Below are positions 16,561-27,271 of a stretch of 64,000 bases of DNA, in pieces (positions within the stretch are counted from its first letter, which is position 1; every line of letters begins with the position of its first letter). The DNA comes from an uncultured Candidatus Saccharibacteria bacterium. GTDB taxonomy: Bacteria; Patescibacteriota; Minisyncoccia; Phycocordibacterales; Phycocordibacteraceae. The notes under the pieces were generated by a model, which saw only the letters and a program-made list of their open reading frames with translations, was not told where the DNA came from and ran no database searches. The stretch is taken from assembly GCA_964546795.1 (NCBI GenBank), contig CAZJKG010000004.1, forward strand, positions 18,994 to 82,993, written 5' to 3'. Both the position numbers and the translations under genes were made by a program.

Positions 16561-17934
16561 TTATCCCGGGTCGCGGGCTGGCACGTCAAAAATTGACTCC
16601 TCGACTTTTTCACCCACAAGGTGTCGTGCGATCTCCCGTCCGCCGTGGAGCGAAGGTAGTATCCCGACTCCATTGCAGCCGAGATTATAGAGGAGTACCG
16701 GATTCTTGGGCTCGGGGCCTATGAGACGAACACCGTTCTTGGTGTATCCCATGAGTCCGTGCCATGTGAAGAGATAATCAATTTTCTTATTCGGTTCGGT
16801 ATCGTAGACGCGGCGAACAAAGGTATCTATCACTTCTTCCATCTCGTCGGGAAAATCGTCCTCGGGCGAATACGTTTCAGTATCTGTAACCGATACGTCC
16901 GGACCGCCGACTGAAATCAAGTTGTGCTCTACTCCTTTTTCGTATTCGTAGCCGCGGCGGGTGAGATAAAAATAAGCATTATCCGGATCCGTGCTCGGGT
17001 CGGTGAAATAACTGATGGCGATGGGCTGTTTATCGAGCTTTTCAAGGTAACCGGACATATACCCGATCTTGCCCGAAAGGAGATGATGGTATTTGGCGTC
17101 TATATCAAGACCCGTTTCATTCAAGATATGGATATGTTCAAAGCCGTTCGTGCAGAGGACGACGCGTCCTGCGCGCACTTCGTGCTCACCTCCGTCCAGG
17201 AACGCGTAGCCGTGTTTGAGCACCAGTTTGCGAATGGTCGTGTGTTCATAGAATGTGAATCGTTCCGGATAGATGCGCGTTAGATACGTGGCTATCTCTT
17301 CGGTGAAGAGTGCGCTATTGACGCATCCCTTTTGGTATGAGAGGGCGGCAATAAAATCATTCGTCGCGGTTTCAAGAATGTCTCGTATCTCCTCAGGCGA
17401 CACGAGCGTATAGAGGCCCTGATACGTATCGGAAATGCTTTCAGCAAAATCAACGAGGGAAGAAATTCGAATGGTCTCCTGGGTCAGGCCGGCTGCGCGA
17501 CGGAGCCGATTGCTTTCCAGATGAGTAAAAACTTGTTCCCGACTTGAAAGCCCGGCATGCCCGATAAAACGCGAGAACGGTATATCGAGACCGGCATCGG
17601 TGTACATCTCGTCAAGAAGGTGCCAAGCGTCTTCAACGGCCTTTTGTCCACGAGCGGCTTTGGAAAGACCGAATTCTTCTACCAAGCTTGCGAATCCTCG
17701 TTCAAAATAACTGGTAATCTGTCCCGCATTGTGGCCAGTGGCGCCATGCGCGAGCTTGAAGCGCTCGAGAAGCGTAACGCTTAGGTTCGTGTATTTGAGC
17801 GCATAAAAAGCGCTTGTGATGCCGGCGATGCCGCCGCCCACAATAGCAACATCGGTCGTTAGGTCCGCCGCGAGCGTCCGGCGCTCGCGGTCCTGATGCA
17901 GTTGATAGAGCCACGGCGAGCGGTTCTTTTTCAT
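16561..17934 (-). CDS. FAD-dependent oxidoreductase (DAO family)
   Basis: N-terminal dinucleotide-binding motif VAIVGGGIAGITSAF. Confidence 0.75.
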   Translation of the reverse strand: MKKNRSPWLYQLHQDRERRTLAADLTTDVAIVGGGIAGITSAFYALKYTNLSVTLLERFKLAHGATGHNAGQITSYFERGFASLVEEFGLSKAARGQKAVEDAWHLLDEMYTDAGLDIPFSRFIGHAGLSSREQVFTHLESNRLRRAAGLTQETIRISSLVDFAESISDTYQGLYTLVSPEEIRDILETATNDFIAALSYQKGCVNSALFTEEIATYLTRIYPERFTFYEHTTIRKLVLKHGYAFLDGGEHEVRAGRVVLCTNGFEHIHILNETGLDIDAKYHHLLSGKIGYMSGYLEKLDKQPIAISYFTDPSTDPDNAYFYLTRRGYEYEKGVEHNLISVGGPDVSVTDTETYSPEDDFPDEMEEVIDTFVRRVYDTEPNKKIDYLFTWHGLMGYTKNGVRLIGPEPKNPVLLYNLGCNGVGILPSLHGGREIARHLVGEKVEESIFDVPARDPG

Positions 17935-17972
17935 ACGGAAAGTATAGCAAGAGGCCGACTCTTTCTTTTTTC

Positions 17973-18081
17973 ATTCCAACCGCGCCTACAAAACGTGCGA
18001 CGTCCGCGCCTGGCTGGCGCGGCGCCTTACTCTCGGCTCGTCATCCTCCGAGCCAACACGTTTTGCAGGCGCGATTGGAAT
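17973..18081. promoter_or_regulatory. Long imperfect inverted repeat (25-bp arms) enclosing two internal palindromes
   Basis: attccaaccgcgcctacaaaacgtg (17973-17997) versus cacgttttgcaggcgcgattggaat (18057-18081), 23/25 complementary. Inner ccgcgcc...ggcgcgg and ctcgg...ccgag stems. Sits between the typA 3' end and the oxidoreductase start. Confidence 0.6.
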
Positions 18082-18085
18082 ATGT

Positions 18086-19870
18086 TTAGCGGCGCGCCTT
18101 TGCGCGATCGTTCTCGGTAAGGAATTGTTTGCGTAGCCGGACGGAGGTGGGCGTTATCTCCAGGTATTCGTCGTCCGCCATAATCTCCATGCCGCGCTCA
18201 ATCGATAGGTCAAATATCGGCACCAGAGTGAGGGCTTCGTCCATACCGGAAGAACGGACGTTCGACTGGTTCTTGCCCTTCGTCGGATTCGCAAGCATCT
18301 CTTCGCCTTTTGACGTATTGCCGATGACCATACCTTCGTACACCTCGGTCGCCGGTTTGATATAGAGCTGGCCACGGTCCTGAAGATACCAGAGCGAATA
18401 GCCGAGCGCTTTGCCGGCAGCCATTGATATCATTGAGCCAACTTGGCGTTTCTTTATTTCCCCCGCATACGGCTTGAAGCCGAGCACGCGTGAAGAGAGA
18501 ATGCCTTCGCCCTTCGTATCAATAATGAACATGTTCTTGTAGCCGAGCAGACCGCGCGTCGGACCTTCGAGTGTGAGTCGTACGATGTTGCCATGCTGAG
18601 TAAGATTCTGTAGTACGAAAGCTCGCGCACCGAGCTTTTCAATGATGGCCCCCTGGAATTCTGATGGCGTATCAATGATGACTTCTTCGAACGGTTCTAG
18701 CTTCACACCATTCTCTTCGCGAATGATGACTTGCGGCTGAGAAACCTGGAGTTCGTAGCCCTCGCGACGCATATTTTCAAGGAGTACCGCGATATGAAGC
18801 TCTCCTCGACCGGACACGCGAAATACTTCTGCACTCCCGAAATCTATCTTTAAACCGACGTTGACCTCAAGCTCTTTGGTGAGCCGGTCGCGTATCTGCC
18901 GGCTCGTCACATACTTCCCTTCCCGTCCGGCAAACGGCGAATTATTGACGAGGAAGTTGAGCGCGATGGTCGGCTCGTCCACCGCGATTGCCGGCAAGGG
19001 CGCTGCCGACTCATCGGTCGTCACGGTCTCGCCGATATAAATGTCGGGAAGGCCTGCGATAAGGGCGATGTCCCCCGCCGATGCTTCGGTTGCCTCAACA
19101 CGTTCAAGTCCTTTGAAAGTAAAGACCTTGGTGGTACGTCCGGTGCGGGTCTCGCCGTCCGGCTTCTTGATAAAAACCTGCTGATTCGGGCGGACGGTTC
19201 CCGCATAAATGCGACCGACCGCAAGCCGGCCCATGAAGTTATCGTATGCGAGATTGAACGGCTGAAGCATGAGAGCTGCGCCCGCATCGGCATTACTGTT
19301 CGCTGGCGACACTTTCTCAAGAATGCTATCAAGCAATGGAGTAAGGTCCTTGCGCTCATCGGCGAGATTTTTTATCGCAATACCCTCGCGCCCTATTGAA
19401 TAGATGACCGGAAAATCGGACTGTTCATCCGAGGCACCAAGCTCAAGGAAGAGTTCCAAGACCTGTTCTTCGGAACGGGCCGGGTTGGCTGCGGGCTTGT
19501 CTATCTTGTTGAGGACGACAATGGGCTTCAAGCCGAGTTCCAGGGATTTCTTCAGTACGAAACGGGTCTGCGGCATCGGACCTTCCTGCGCATCCACGAC
19601 CAGAAGCACCGAATCGATGGAACGCAGTACGCGCTCAACCTCGCTACCAAAATCCGCGTGCCCGGGAGTGTCCACGATGTTTATCTTCGTGCCCTTATAT
19701 TCAACCGCCGCGTTCTTGGCATAAATGGTAATACCGCGCTCAAGCTCGAGCGCGTTGCTGTCCATCGAAGTCCCTTCTACCGCCGCACCGGTCTGTTTGA
19801 GGATGGCGTCAGTGAGCGCGGTCTTTCCGTGGTCCACGTGCGCGATGATCGCGATATTACGAATTTCCAT
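18086..19870 (-). CDS. typA: Translational GTPase TypA/BipA
   Basis: [20 protein letters not shown]1 motif; DTPGHADF; NKIDK; full-length EF-G-like architecture with the BipA C-terminal domain. Start set at the internal Met preceding [11 protein letters not shown]. Confidence 0.9.
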   Translation of the reverse strand: MEIRNIAIIAHVDHGKTALTDAILKQTGAAVEGTSMDSNALELERGITIYAKNAAVEYKGTKINIVDTPGHADFGSEVERVLRSIDSVLLVVDAQEGPMPQTRFVLKKSLELGLKPIVVLNKIDKPAANPARSEEQVLELFLELGASDEQSDFPVIYSIGREGIAIKNLADERKDLTPLLDSILEKVSPANSNADAGAALMLQPFNLAYDNFMGRLAVGRIYAGTVRPNQQVFIKKPDGETRTGRTTKVFTFKGLERVEATEASAGDIALIAGLPDIYIGETVTTDESAAPLPAIAVDEPTIALNFLVNNSPFAGREGKYVTSRQIRDRLTKELEVNVGLKIDFGSAEVFRVSGRGELHIAVLLENMRREGYELQVSQPQVIIREENGVKLEPFEEVIIDTPSEFQGAIIEKLGARAFVLQNLTQHGNIVRLTLEGPTRGLLGYKNMFIIDTKGEGILSSRVLGFKPYAGEIKKRQVGSMISMAAGKALGYSLWYLQDRGQLYIKPATEVYEGMVIGNTSKGEEMLANPTKGKNQSNVRSSGMDEALTLVPIFDLSIERGMEIMADDEYLEITPTSVRLRKQFLTENDRAKARR

Positions 19871-19924
19871 ACAAATAAAAATGGCCGCAAGGGCCGATGA
19901 GTCCAATATACAACAGATGGACTT

Positions 19925-20704
19925 TTATGCAAGAAGAACGCCGCCGTCGGCCACTATCTGCGAGCCAGTCATATACGAAGAGAGGTCGGAAGCGAGGAAG
20001 AGTGCGACCTTGCCTATCTCATCGGCATCGGCCATGCGATGCATTGGAATCTTCTTGAGAAATGGTTCTGTCGTGGCCGCAAGAGCCGGGTCGACGGGCT
20101 TCCCGAGGCCTGTCCCGGGCGTAAGGACGCCGCCCGGCGCGATAGCATTCACCCATATCTTGTGTGGCGCGAGCTCAAGCGCAAGATTCTTCGTGAAGCC
20201 CCAGAGACCGTGCTTGCTGGCATCGTAGAATGCGAGACCGATTGAAGAAGGGTGGAGCGCATCAATGGAAGTGATGTTGATGATCTTTCCACCTCTTCCT
20301 TGCACAATCATCTGTTTGGCTACGGCCTGTGCCGCAAGGAATGCTCCTATGAGATTCACGTGGAGTATCTTCTCAAAATCCTCCTTCGTCGCCGCGAGCG
20401 CGGGCACGGTCGGGTAAATGCCGGCATTGTTGACGAGGATATCCACACCGCTGAATTCACTTACCGCTTTTGCGACCATCGCTTCCACCTGTGCTCCATC
20501 GGAAACGTCCGCGGATATCGCGATTCCGTCGAGCTTTGCGGCCGCCGCCGAGGCGGCGGCCGCATCCTTATCCGCGACAAGCACTTTTGCACCCGCCTCC
20601 GCGAGCCGCGCGGCGATAGCATACCCGATACCCATCGCGCCGCCCGTCACAATGGCGACTTTCCCCGAGAGATCCATCGATGCTGAAATCGATTTCTGTT
20701 CCAT
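19925..20704 (-). CDS. SDR family NAD(P)-dependent oxidoreductase
   Basis: VAIVTGGAMGIGYAIA (TGxxxGxG) and catalytic YDASKHGLWGF (YxxxK). An alternative GTG start at 20722 would overlap the upstream gene. Confidence 0.85.
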   Translation of the reverse strand: MEQKSISASMDLSGKVAIVTGGAMGIGYAIAARLAEAGAKVLVADKDAAAASAAAAKLDGIAISADVSDGAQVEAMVAKAVSEFSGVDILVNNAGIYPTVPALAATKEDFEKILHVNLIGAFLAAQAVAKQMIVQGRGGKIINITSIDALHPSSIGLAFYDASKHGLWGFTKNLALELAPHKIWVNAIAPGGVLTPGTGLGKPVDPALAATTEPFLKKIPMHRMADADEIGKVALFLASDLSSYMTGSQIVADGGVLLA

Positions 20705-20718
20705 GCGAGAAGTATATC

Positions 20719-22098
20719 TCACATCAGCAACGTTATGATGGCGGCGATACCTGAGACCGCCATCACACCGATGGTTATCCAGCCGATCAAGGAAACGAAC
20801 GGATGATTTGCGTATTCGCCCATGAGGCGCTTGTCGCTTGAGAGGCGCACGACGAAGAAAAGGATGAAAGGTGCGATGATGCCATTGGCGACGGCGGCGT
20901 AAATGAGGCCGCGTATCGGGTCAAGGTGCGCGAAGTTCGCAACGATACCGATGAACATTGAGACGATGATGACACCGTAGAATGCATAGGCCTGCTTCAA
21001 TTTATGATGCAGGCCGTGCGTCCACCCGAAACTCTCGGCAAGGGCGTAGGCACTCGAGCCCGCAAGTACCGGTACTGCCAGAAGTCCGGTCCCGACGATG
21101 CCGAGCGCGAAGAGTAGGAAAGCAAACTCTCCAAAGGGGCGTAGCGCCAAAGCGGCCTGATCAGCCGTGACGATGTCCGTGATGCCGTTCGCATAGAGTG
21201 TGCCGGCGCAGGCAGCAAATATGAAGAAGGATATGAGGTTTGAAAAGAACATCCCGCTCCACACATCCGTGCGCATGCGCCGCAAGGAATGTCCGTTCAT
21301 CTGCTCGCGACGCGCTTCAATGGTCGTCTCCCCTTTCATGATTCTCTCTTCCACTTCTTGGGAGGTCTGCCAGAAGAAGAGATAGGGAGAGATGGTGGTT
21401 CCGAGTATGGCGCAGACGAGGAAGATTTGATCTTTGGAAAAAGTCATCGAGGGAATGAGGGTGTGGCGGAGCACGTCGCCCCAGTCGAGTCCTACAGAAA
21501 ATGCAACGACCGCATACGAGAGTAGCGCGAGTGCTAGATATTTCAGATACTTTGAATATCGCGCATAAGTGGTGAATATCTGGAGCATCAAGCTGAGGAG
21601 TGCAAAAATGATAACGAATAGTTCTAATCCAATATGTGGAAACAGGAGACGCGATGCCGCCGCCATCGCGCCAAGATCAGCAGCGATATTGAGCGCATTG
21701 GCGAAAAAGAGAAGCGCTGTTGCTATGTAGAGCACGTGCGGGGTATATTCACGCCGGATATTCGCCGCAAGCCCCTGGCCCGAGACGATACCGATGCGTG
21801 CGCACATCTCCTGCACGACGGCCATGAATGGATAGGTGAAGAGAGAAAGCCAGATGAGTTGAAGCCCGTAGCGGGCACCGGCTTGAGAATAGGTGGCGAT
21901 GCCGGACGGATCATCATCGGCGGCGCCGGTCGTGAGTCCGGGACCGAGCGTGTCCCAATATTGCTCTGCGAGCTTGAATGGTTTCTTACTAAGAAGAATT
22001 TTCTCTTCTTTCTCCACAAACTCAACGCCCTCTTCGAGGATTTTCGCAGGCGCTTCAAACGTTTCCACAAATTCTTCTTGAAATTCTTTCTTCTCCAT
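20719..22098 (-). CDS. mntH: NRAMP family divalent metal cation transporter
   Basis: GPGLTTGAADDDPSGIATYSQAGA matches the Nramp signature; multiple TM helices; ~460 aa. Confidence 0.85.
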   Translation of the reverse strand: MEKKEFQEEFVETFEAPAKILEEGVEFVEKEEKILLSKKPFKLAEQYWDTLGPGLTTGAADDDPSGIATYSQAGARYGLQLIWLSLFTYPFMAVVQEMCARIGIVSGQGLAANIRREYTPHVLYIATALLFFANALNIAADLGAMAAASRLLFPHIGLELFVIIFALLSLMLQIFTTYARYSKYLKYLALALLSYAVVAFSVGLDWGDVLRHTLIPSMTFSKDQIFLVCAILGTTISPYLFFWQTSQEVEERIMKGETTIEARREQMNGHSLRRMRTDVWSGMFFSNLISFFIFAACAGTLYANGITDIVTADQAALALRPFGEFAFLLFALGIVGTGLLAVPVLAGSSAYALAESFGWTHGLHHKLKQAYAFYGVIIVSMFIGIVANFAHLDPIRGLIYAAVANGIIAPFILFFVVRLSSDKRLMGEYANHPFVSLIGWITIGVMAVSGIAAIITLLM

Positions 22099-22131
22099 AA
22101 TACTCTCACTATAGCACCGCATGATGCTATG

Positions 22132-23592
22132 TTATTTTCCCAAATCGAGGATTTCGTCAATACGTATCTGTGCCACGAACTCCGGCACGTGGGAAACGAG
22201 AATCATTGCCCCGAGATAGGCGTCTAATGCCTTCGCGATAACGGGCAGATGGCGGAAGTTGATATGGTTAGTCGGTTCATCAAGGATAAGGAGTCCGGGC
22301 CGCTCTAATACGAGCGAAGCAAAGGCGACGAGGCCTTTCTGCCCTTCGGAAAGATTCTCAATTTTTGTCTCCAGTATGTCGGCAGTGAGCAGGAATCCTG
22401 CCGCGATTGCGCGAAGCTTCTGTTCATCCGGCTGCCCCATCGCTATCCGGAGCGCAGCGAGGACAGTTTGATTGAAATCAAGTGTGGAAAAATCTTGCCT
22501 ATAATAACCGAGTTTCACCCCCTTTGTTATGCCTATTCCTTCAAAAGTTCCGTATGCTATGTGCTCCAAGAGTGTACTCTTCCCAATACCATTCGGTCCT
22601 TTCAGGAGAAGGTGTTGATTCTTCCGAAGTGATATGTTTGCTTTTTTCTTCGCAATCTTTTTACCTTTCAGAATAGTATACGCCGAGAGCGAGAGCACGA
22701 CGCCACTTAACTCCGACTGGGTGGGAATGACAAATGGTCGGATGGTCCTATCCTCTTTGCGCACGTCCACTTTCGCTTCTTCCATTTCTTCCACCTCGGT
22801 GCGCATCTTCTTCGCCACGAGTCGCATCTTTCCTCCTTTCTGTGCAAAGAAGTTCGCTTTATCCTTATTATCCTGGATCTTTTTTTCAAGCTGCGCATTC
22901 TTTCTATTCTCTTTCTCAATACGCGCCGAGATGTCGCGGAGGACGTCGTGATAATTCCCGGGATACTGCTCTACTTTGCGCGTGAACACGTCCAGATAGA
23001 GAACGCCGGTGGTAAACGCGTTCAGGAATTCTGCATCGTGCGAAATGACGATGCAGGTTTTCGGATACTCAACGAGAAACTTCGTGAGATGTTCGATGCC
23101 GGCCGTGTCTAGATTATTCGTTGGTTCGTCAAGGAGAAGCAAATCGGGGTTCTGAATGAGCGCCGAAGCCAGGAGGAGCCGCGCCTGCTGTCCGCCCGAA
23201 AAACTCTTCATCACCCGGTCGTGCAATTTCTCGTGATATTTTAAATTCACCACCTCAAGTGCCTCATCTATTCGGGGATCTATGTCATAGACCGGCCCCG
23301 AGAAACACTTCTGGAAGAATGCACGTACCGTGAGTTCCATTTGATCGCGCGGAATGACCTGCGGGGCCGTCGCTATCGTCATGCCGCGCGACACATGTAT
23401 CTCGCCGGATTCCGGGGCAAGTGTTCCCGACATAAGAGCGAAGAGTGTGGACTTCCCTGCGCCGTTTTGACCCATCACCGCCATCTTCATTCCGCGGCGT
23501 ATGGGGAAATCCACCTCGTCAAGGATCGGCTTATTATGCCCGTATTGGAATGATACTTTCTCAAAGCGAATAACGCTTTCTTCTCTGGCCAT
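22132..23592 (-). CDS. ABC-F family ATPase (tandem ABC domains, no TMD)
   Basis: Two Walker A (GQNGAGKST; GPNGIGKST), two signature motifs (LSGGQQ; LSEGQK), two Walker B (LLLDEPTN; LILDEPTN), with a charged linker between them. Confidence 0.9.
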   Translation of the reverse strand: MAREESVIRFEKVSFQYGHNKPILDEVDFPIRRGMKMAVMGQNGAGKSTLFALMSGTLAPESGEIHVSRGMTIATAPQVIPRDQMELTVRAFFQKCFSGPVYDIDPRIDEALEVVNLKYHEKLHDRVMKSFSGGQQARLLLASALIQNPDLLLLDEPTNNLDTAGIEHLTKFLVEYPKTCIVISHDAEFLNAFTTGVLYLDVFTRKVEQYPGNYHDVLRDISARIEKENRKNAQLEKKIQDNKDKANFFAQKGGKMRLVAKKMRTEVEEMEEAKVDVRKEDRTIRPFVIPTQSELSGVVLSLSAYTILKGKKIAKKKANISLRKNQHLLLKGPNGIGKSTLLEHIAYGTFEGIGITKGVKLGYYRQDFSTLDFNQTVLAALRIAMGQPDEQKLRAIAAGFLLTADILETKIENLSEGQKGLVAFASLVLERPGLLILDEPTNHINFRHLPVIAKALDAYLGAMILVSHVPEFVAQIRIDEILDLGK

Positions 23593-23685
23593 CGTTCCAC
23601 CCTAACGTACTTCGTCTAAAAAAGGAAAAGACGTTATAGTGCCGTTATGCCGAAGACCGCACCTCGTACTGCAGATGCCTATCCG

Positions 23686-24369
23686 ATGCGCATTAATAAA
23701 TACCTCGCGCGCGAGGGTATCGCCACACGCCGCGGGGCGGATGAGCTTGTGGCGAGGGGAAAAGTGCTTATCAATGGCCGTGTCGCCGTGATAGGACAGA
23801 AGATCAGTAAAGGCGACAAAGTGGAAATGCGCGACACAAACACTCGGAAGAAATATCTCTATTACGCCTACAACAAGCCGACTGGTGTCATCACGCACTC
23901 GCCGCAACTTGGAGAGAAAGATATCAAGCAGAGCGTTCCTCTGGATGTGTTCCCTGTGGGCCGCCTGGATAAGGATTCGAGCGGACTCATTATTCTCACG
24001 AATGACGGGCGCATAACCGACCGGCTTCTGAACCCGCTCTTTGACCACGACAAGGAGTATCAGGTGCGCACCTCCGAGCCACTCCGCGAGGCCTTCAAGA
24101 AAACGATGGAGGCGGGCGTCAATATCGAGGGGTATATGACGAAGCACTGCACGGTGCGGAAGACCGGCCCGAAGAGTTTCAACATCACGCTCACCGAGGG
24201 CAAGAAGCATCAGATACGCCGTATGGTTGCGACACTTCACAACACCGTCGTCGCGCTTGAACGAACGCGCATACTGAATATACGGCTTGAGAATCTGAAA
24301 GTAGGCGCATGGCGTCCTATTGAGGGCAAAGAACTCGAGATATTCCTTTCACAGATAGGGATGAAATGA
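23686..24369 (+). CDS. Pseudouridine synthase (RsuA/RluB family) with S4 domain
   Basis: S4-like MRINKYLAREGIATRRGADELV and catalytic GRLDKDSSGLIILTNDG. Confidence 0.85.
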   Translation: MRINKYLAREGIATRRGADELVARGKVLINGRVAVIGQKISKGDKVEMRDTNTRKKYLYYAYNKPTGVITHSPQLGEKDIKQSVPLDVFPVGRLDKDSSGLIILTNDGRITDRLLNPLFDHDKEYQVRTSEPLREAFKKTMEAGVNIEGYMTKHCTVRKTGPKSFNITLTEGKKHQIRRMVATLHNTVVALERTRILNIRLENLKVGAWRPIEGKELEIFLSQIGMK

Positions 24370-24389
24370 TTTGATACGAGAAAATCATT

Positions 24390-25529
24390 TCATCCAAATG
24401 TGAATGCGTAGAGACGAACTTTCCCTTTTATCTTCAGCTCGAGCACATGCTCTCCAGGTTCCGGGTTATGAATCAACGTATAGAGTCGGCTTTCTTTCAT
24501 CATGACAACGCCATCTGCATTCACATCCGCACCGGCAGACATCCCGACCATCTTCCCGTCTTGCAGCACCTCCACTACGACCGGAGTATTTGCATCGGCT
24601 ACGATGTACACTTCTTTCGCATTGTATCGATAAACGACTGATGCATCGGAAGCCGATTCGGCATATTCAAGAGTTATGTTCCACGTTCCGTTAAGATAGA
24701 GAGTGTCCGATGCGAAATCCTGCGGCAATAAGAAGGTCTGTTCTCCCAAACGTCCCGGTATCCCGTTCGCGAGATAGGAATTTCGAAGTGAACCGAAATA
24801 GGTCTCAGGGCTTTTAGCGACATTTGTACCTTGTGGCACCGTCGAAACGGCAAGAGTTTTATCCATGTCTGATGTACCCATGCCGAGTACCTCGGCACGC
24901 TCTGCAAGCAATTCACGGATTTTCATTTCCGTCTCTTCATAGCCACCTTCCCCGATATGGTCATAGACGACATTGCCATATATGTCGATAATATATTTTC
25001 TCGGCCAATATCGGTTTCCATAAGCGTTCCATGTTGCATAGTTGTTATCGAGCACAATTGGATGCGTGATGTCGAATTTTTTCATCGCCTCTCGTACGTT
25101 GCCAATATCTTTTTCAAACGCAAATTCCGGTGTGTGTATACCGATGATCTCGAGTCCCTGATTCTTATATTTTTCATACCATGCGTTTAAATAAGGGAAT
25201 GTACGCTGGCAATTGATACAGCTATAAGTCAGGAAGTCCACTATTATCACTTTCTTGCCGATAAGTTCTTTAAGAGTAATGCTGTCGATATTCACGAAGC
25301 CAGAGGGATTCATTATTTCCGTATAGGGAATTCCTTTCGGTGTCGCTTTTTTCTGCTTTGCAGCAAATGTGGAAGAAGTTTCTGCGCCTAGAATTGTTGA
25401 TGTGGTCGCAGAAGAGATTCTCGTATCTTGCTGTATCGGTAATGTTGGTGAGGGCACGGAGTAAAGGTACGCTAGTCCTGCGAGAACAAATCCGCCAACG
25501 ACTGCGCCAATGGTGTATTCCGCTTTCAT
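24390..25529 (-). CDS. Thioredoxin-like thiol-disulfide oxidoreductase (DipZ C-terminal-type)
   Basis: N-terminal TM; thioredoxin fold with SCINCQ (CxxC) and ...YWPRKYIID... Immediately downstream of ccdA, as in split DipZ/ResA systems. Confidence 0.7.
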   Translation of the reverse strand: MKAEYTIGAVVGGFVLAGLAYLYSVPSPTLPIQQDTRISSATTSTILGAETSSTFAAKQKKATPKGIPYTEIMNPSGFVNIDSITLKELIGKKVIIVDFLTYSCINCQRTFPYLNAWYEKYKNQGLEIIGIHTPEFAFEKDIGNVREAMKKFDITHPIVLDNNYATWNAYGNRYWPRKYIIDIYGNVVYDHIGEGGYEETEMKIRELLAERAEVLGMGTSDMDKTLAVSTVPQGTNVAKSPETYFGSLRNSYLANGIPGRLGEQTFLLPQDFASDTLYLNGTWNITLEYAESASDASVVYRYNAKEVYIVADANTPVVVEVLQDGKMVGMSAGADVNADGVVMMKESRLYTLIHNPEPGEHVLELKIKGKVRLYAFTFG

Positions 25530-25530
25530 A

Positions 25531-26256
25531 TTATTTCACTTTTTTGAGAAGATTCTGTTCGATTTTTGTAATATCGAAGTATCCGCTGTCCAAAATTACT
25601 ATCTCAAGTTTTTTTTCGTATCCGGTTATAATGAAAAGTCCGAGGACGACAAAAAGGATGCCGATTATTCGTTTGAAATAGCCACGAGGATCCGATACTT
25701 CCGAGAGATGATCGGCAAATCGCTGGCCGAGAAGCGCAATGAGGAGGAGAATTAATGAGAGACCAAGAACATAGGCGAGGATGTACGTCGTGCCAAGAGC
25801 AAACGAGACGGGCAACACCGATGCTAGGATGACGAAATACGTCGGTGAACAAGTCGAGAACACTGGTCCGAGCGCAGCACCGATGAGTATGTCTCCGGCG
25901 ACGCTTTTGCGCTCATACCCCCTGCCGACGAGCTTGTTTGAACCGGCCGCAAATCTTGAAAGACCGGGAAGCTTCTCCCATAGGGATGGAAAAACAAGTG
26001 TGAGACCGAAGAACAGTACGATGCCACCGGACAGATACGTCCACACTTGTGGCGGTACCATGATGAATGCTGTTGACCACTTGAGAAGATAGGTGAAGAG
26101 GATAATGGAGACCGCCAACGACCCCACTACTATGTAGGGCGTCGAGCGGCTTCTTCCCGAAGCAGATGAGCCAATGATAACGGGTAAAATTGGTAGGATG
26201 CAGGGCGCAAGCACCGTCAACACCCCTGCGATGAATGAGACAATGAGAAACGTCAT
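25531..26256 (-). CDS. ccdA: Cytochrome c-type biogenesis / disulfide-reductant transporter CcdA (DsbD beta-domain family)
   Basis: MTFLIVSFIAGVLTVLAPCILPILP with the conserved Cys in TM1; six TM helices. Confidence 0.85.
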   Translation of the reverse strand: MTFLIVSFIAGVLTVLAPCILPILPVIIGSSASGRSRSTPYIVVGSLAVSIILFTYLLKWSTAFIMVPPQVWTYLSGGIVLFFGLTLVFPSLWEKLPGLSRFAAGSNKLVGRGYERKSVAGDILIGAALGPVFSTCSPTYFVILASVLPVSFALGTTYILAYVLGLSLILLLIALLGQRFADHLSEVSDPRGYFKRIIGILFVVLGLFIITGYEKKLEIVILDSGYFDITKIEQNLLKKVK

Positions 26257-26257
26257 G

Positions 26258-26809
26258 CTATGTTACTTCCAAAACGAGCGCCGCGAGCGTAGGACTTCCG
26301 CTCCATTTCTTGATGAGGTTGCCCTGCGCATCTACTTGAACAAAGGTATGCTGATAGGTCACGCCGTATTGTTGTTTGAGAGAGGTTGAATCGTCATAAT
26401 TGACATCAAGGATGGTCAGATCAGACGGGATGTTTTTGAGATTCGCCTTAATATCAGCATCGACAGTACGACATGTCGGACACCAGCTTGCTCTGAAAAA
26501 TAGTACGACGTTACCTGTCCCCGCTTTCGCGATCTTATCTGCGCTATACGGCTCGTATGAGCCGGTCTTCATCATAGTTTCCGTTGCAGCCATCGTTGTT
26601 CCTTCGTCCTTCTTCATCATGGTCTCATCGCTCGTGTCCGTCATGACGGTGTCTTTCTTTTCCATGGTGGTATCGTCTTTCTGCACCACATTCTCCTCCT
26701 TCTGCATCATGACATCATCCTTGATGCTTTGATTAGAAAATGCAAACCATCCTATGCCACCGAAAATAAGTATGATCGCGCCGATGCCAAGTGTTTTTGT
26801 CATGTCCAT
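26258..26809 (-). CDS. Membrane-anchored thioredoxin-family protein with Met-rich linker
   Basis: N-terminal TM; Met/Thr/Asp-rich segment (TMEKKDTVMTDTSDETMMKKDEGTTMAATETMMKTG); then a thioredoxin fold with WCPTC. Confidence 0.7.
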   Translation of the reverse strand: MDMTKTLGIGAIILIFGGIGWFAFSNQSIKDDVMMQKEENVVQKDDTTMEKKDTVMTDTSDETMMKKDEGTTMAATETMMKTGSYEPYSADKIAKAGTGNVVLFFRASWCPTCRTVDADIKANLKNIPSDLTILDVNYDDSTSLKQQYGVTYQHTFVQVDAQGNLIKKWSGSPTLAALVLEVT

Positions 26810-26884
26810 ATATCTATATGTTATGTAAGATTATGTCCCTAGTATATGAGGCATGGTCTGTAATGTAAAGTCGGTTTTACACAG

Positions 26885-27271
26885 CTATCGGTAGTATTCT
26901 GAATAGAGTCGCGCAAAAAGCTTGGAGACGACCATGACCCCGAGCGCGGTAGATACCCACGGATCAATAGCGTGCGCAAACCCTTGGAAGATCAAAGCGA
27001 GAGTGAGGACGGCAATGCCGGAGAGATACGCGATGCGCCCCGCATGCATTTTGTGCAGCATTTCCCGCTCATCATCCGCTCGTTCATACATGACAAATCC
27101 TGCCCATACACATGCGAGTACCGCCGCTCCAAGAATGACCGCCATTTGCGCCTCTGCCGGCATCCACAGCATGAATGGATCGGAGAGAAGCATGAGAAGG
27201 GCGATCAACACTACCGCTGTACCGATATGAAAGAATTTATTTGCCATATGAAATATGAAAGATGTTCTCAA
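26885..27271 (-). CDS. Small polytopic membrane protein (DUF2178-like, partner of the XRE regulator)
   Basis: Four predicted TM helices. Sits directly downstream of, and overlaps, the XRE-family HTH gene, a recurrent pair in Firmicutes-like genomes. Confidence 0.5.
   Translation of the reverse strand: MRTSFIFHMANKFFHIGTAVVLIALLMLLSDPFMLWMPAEAQMAVILGAAVLACVWAGFVMYERADDEREMLHKMHAGRIAYLSGIAVLTLALIFQGFAHAIDPWVSTALGVMVVSKLFARLYSEYYR

Noticed and set aside
19021-20228. Multiple 100-170-aa ORFs antisense to or out of frame with typA and the SDR gene
   Set aside because: Arg/Ser/Ala-rich translations typical of GC-rich alternative frames. The host genes carry complete catalytic motifs.
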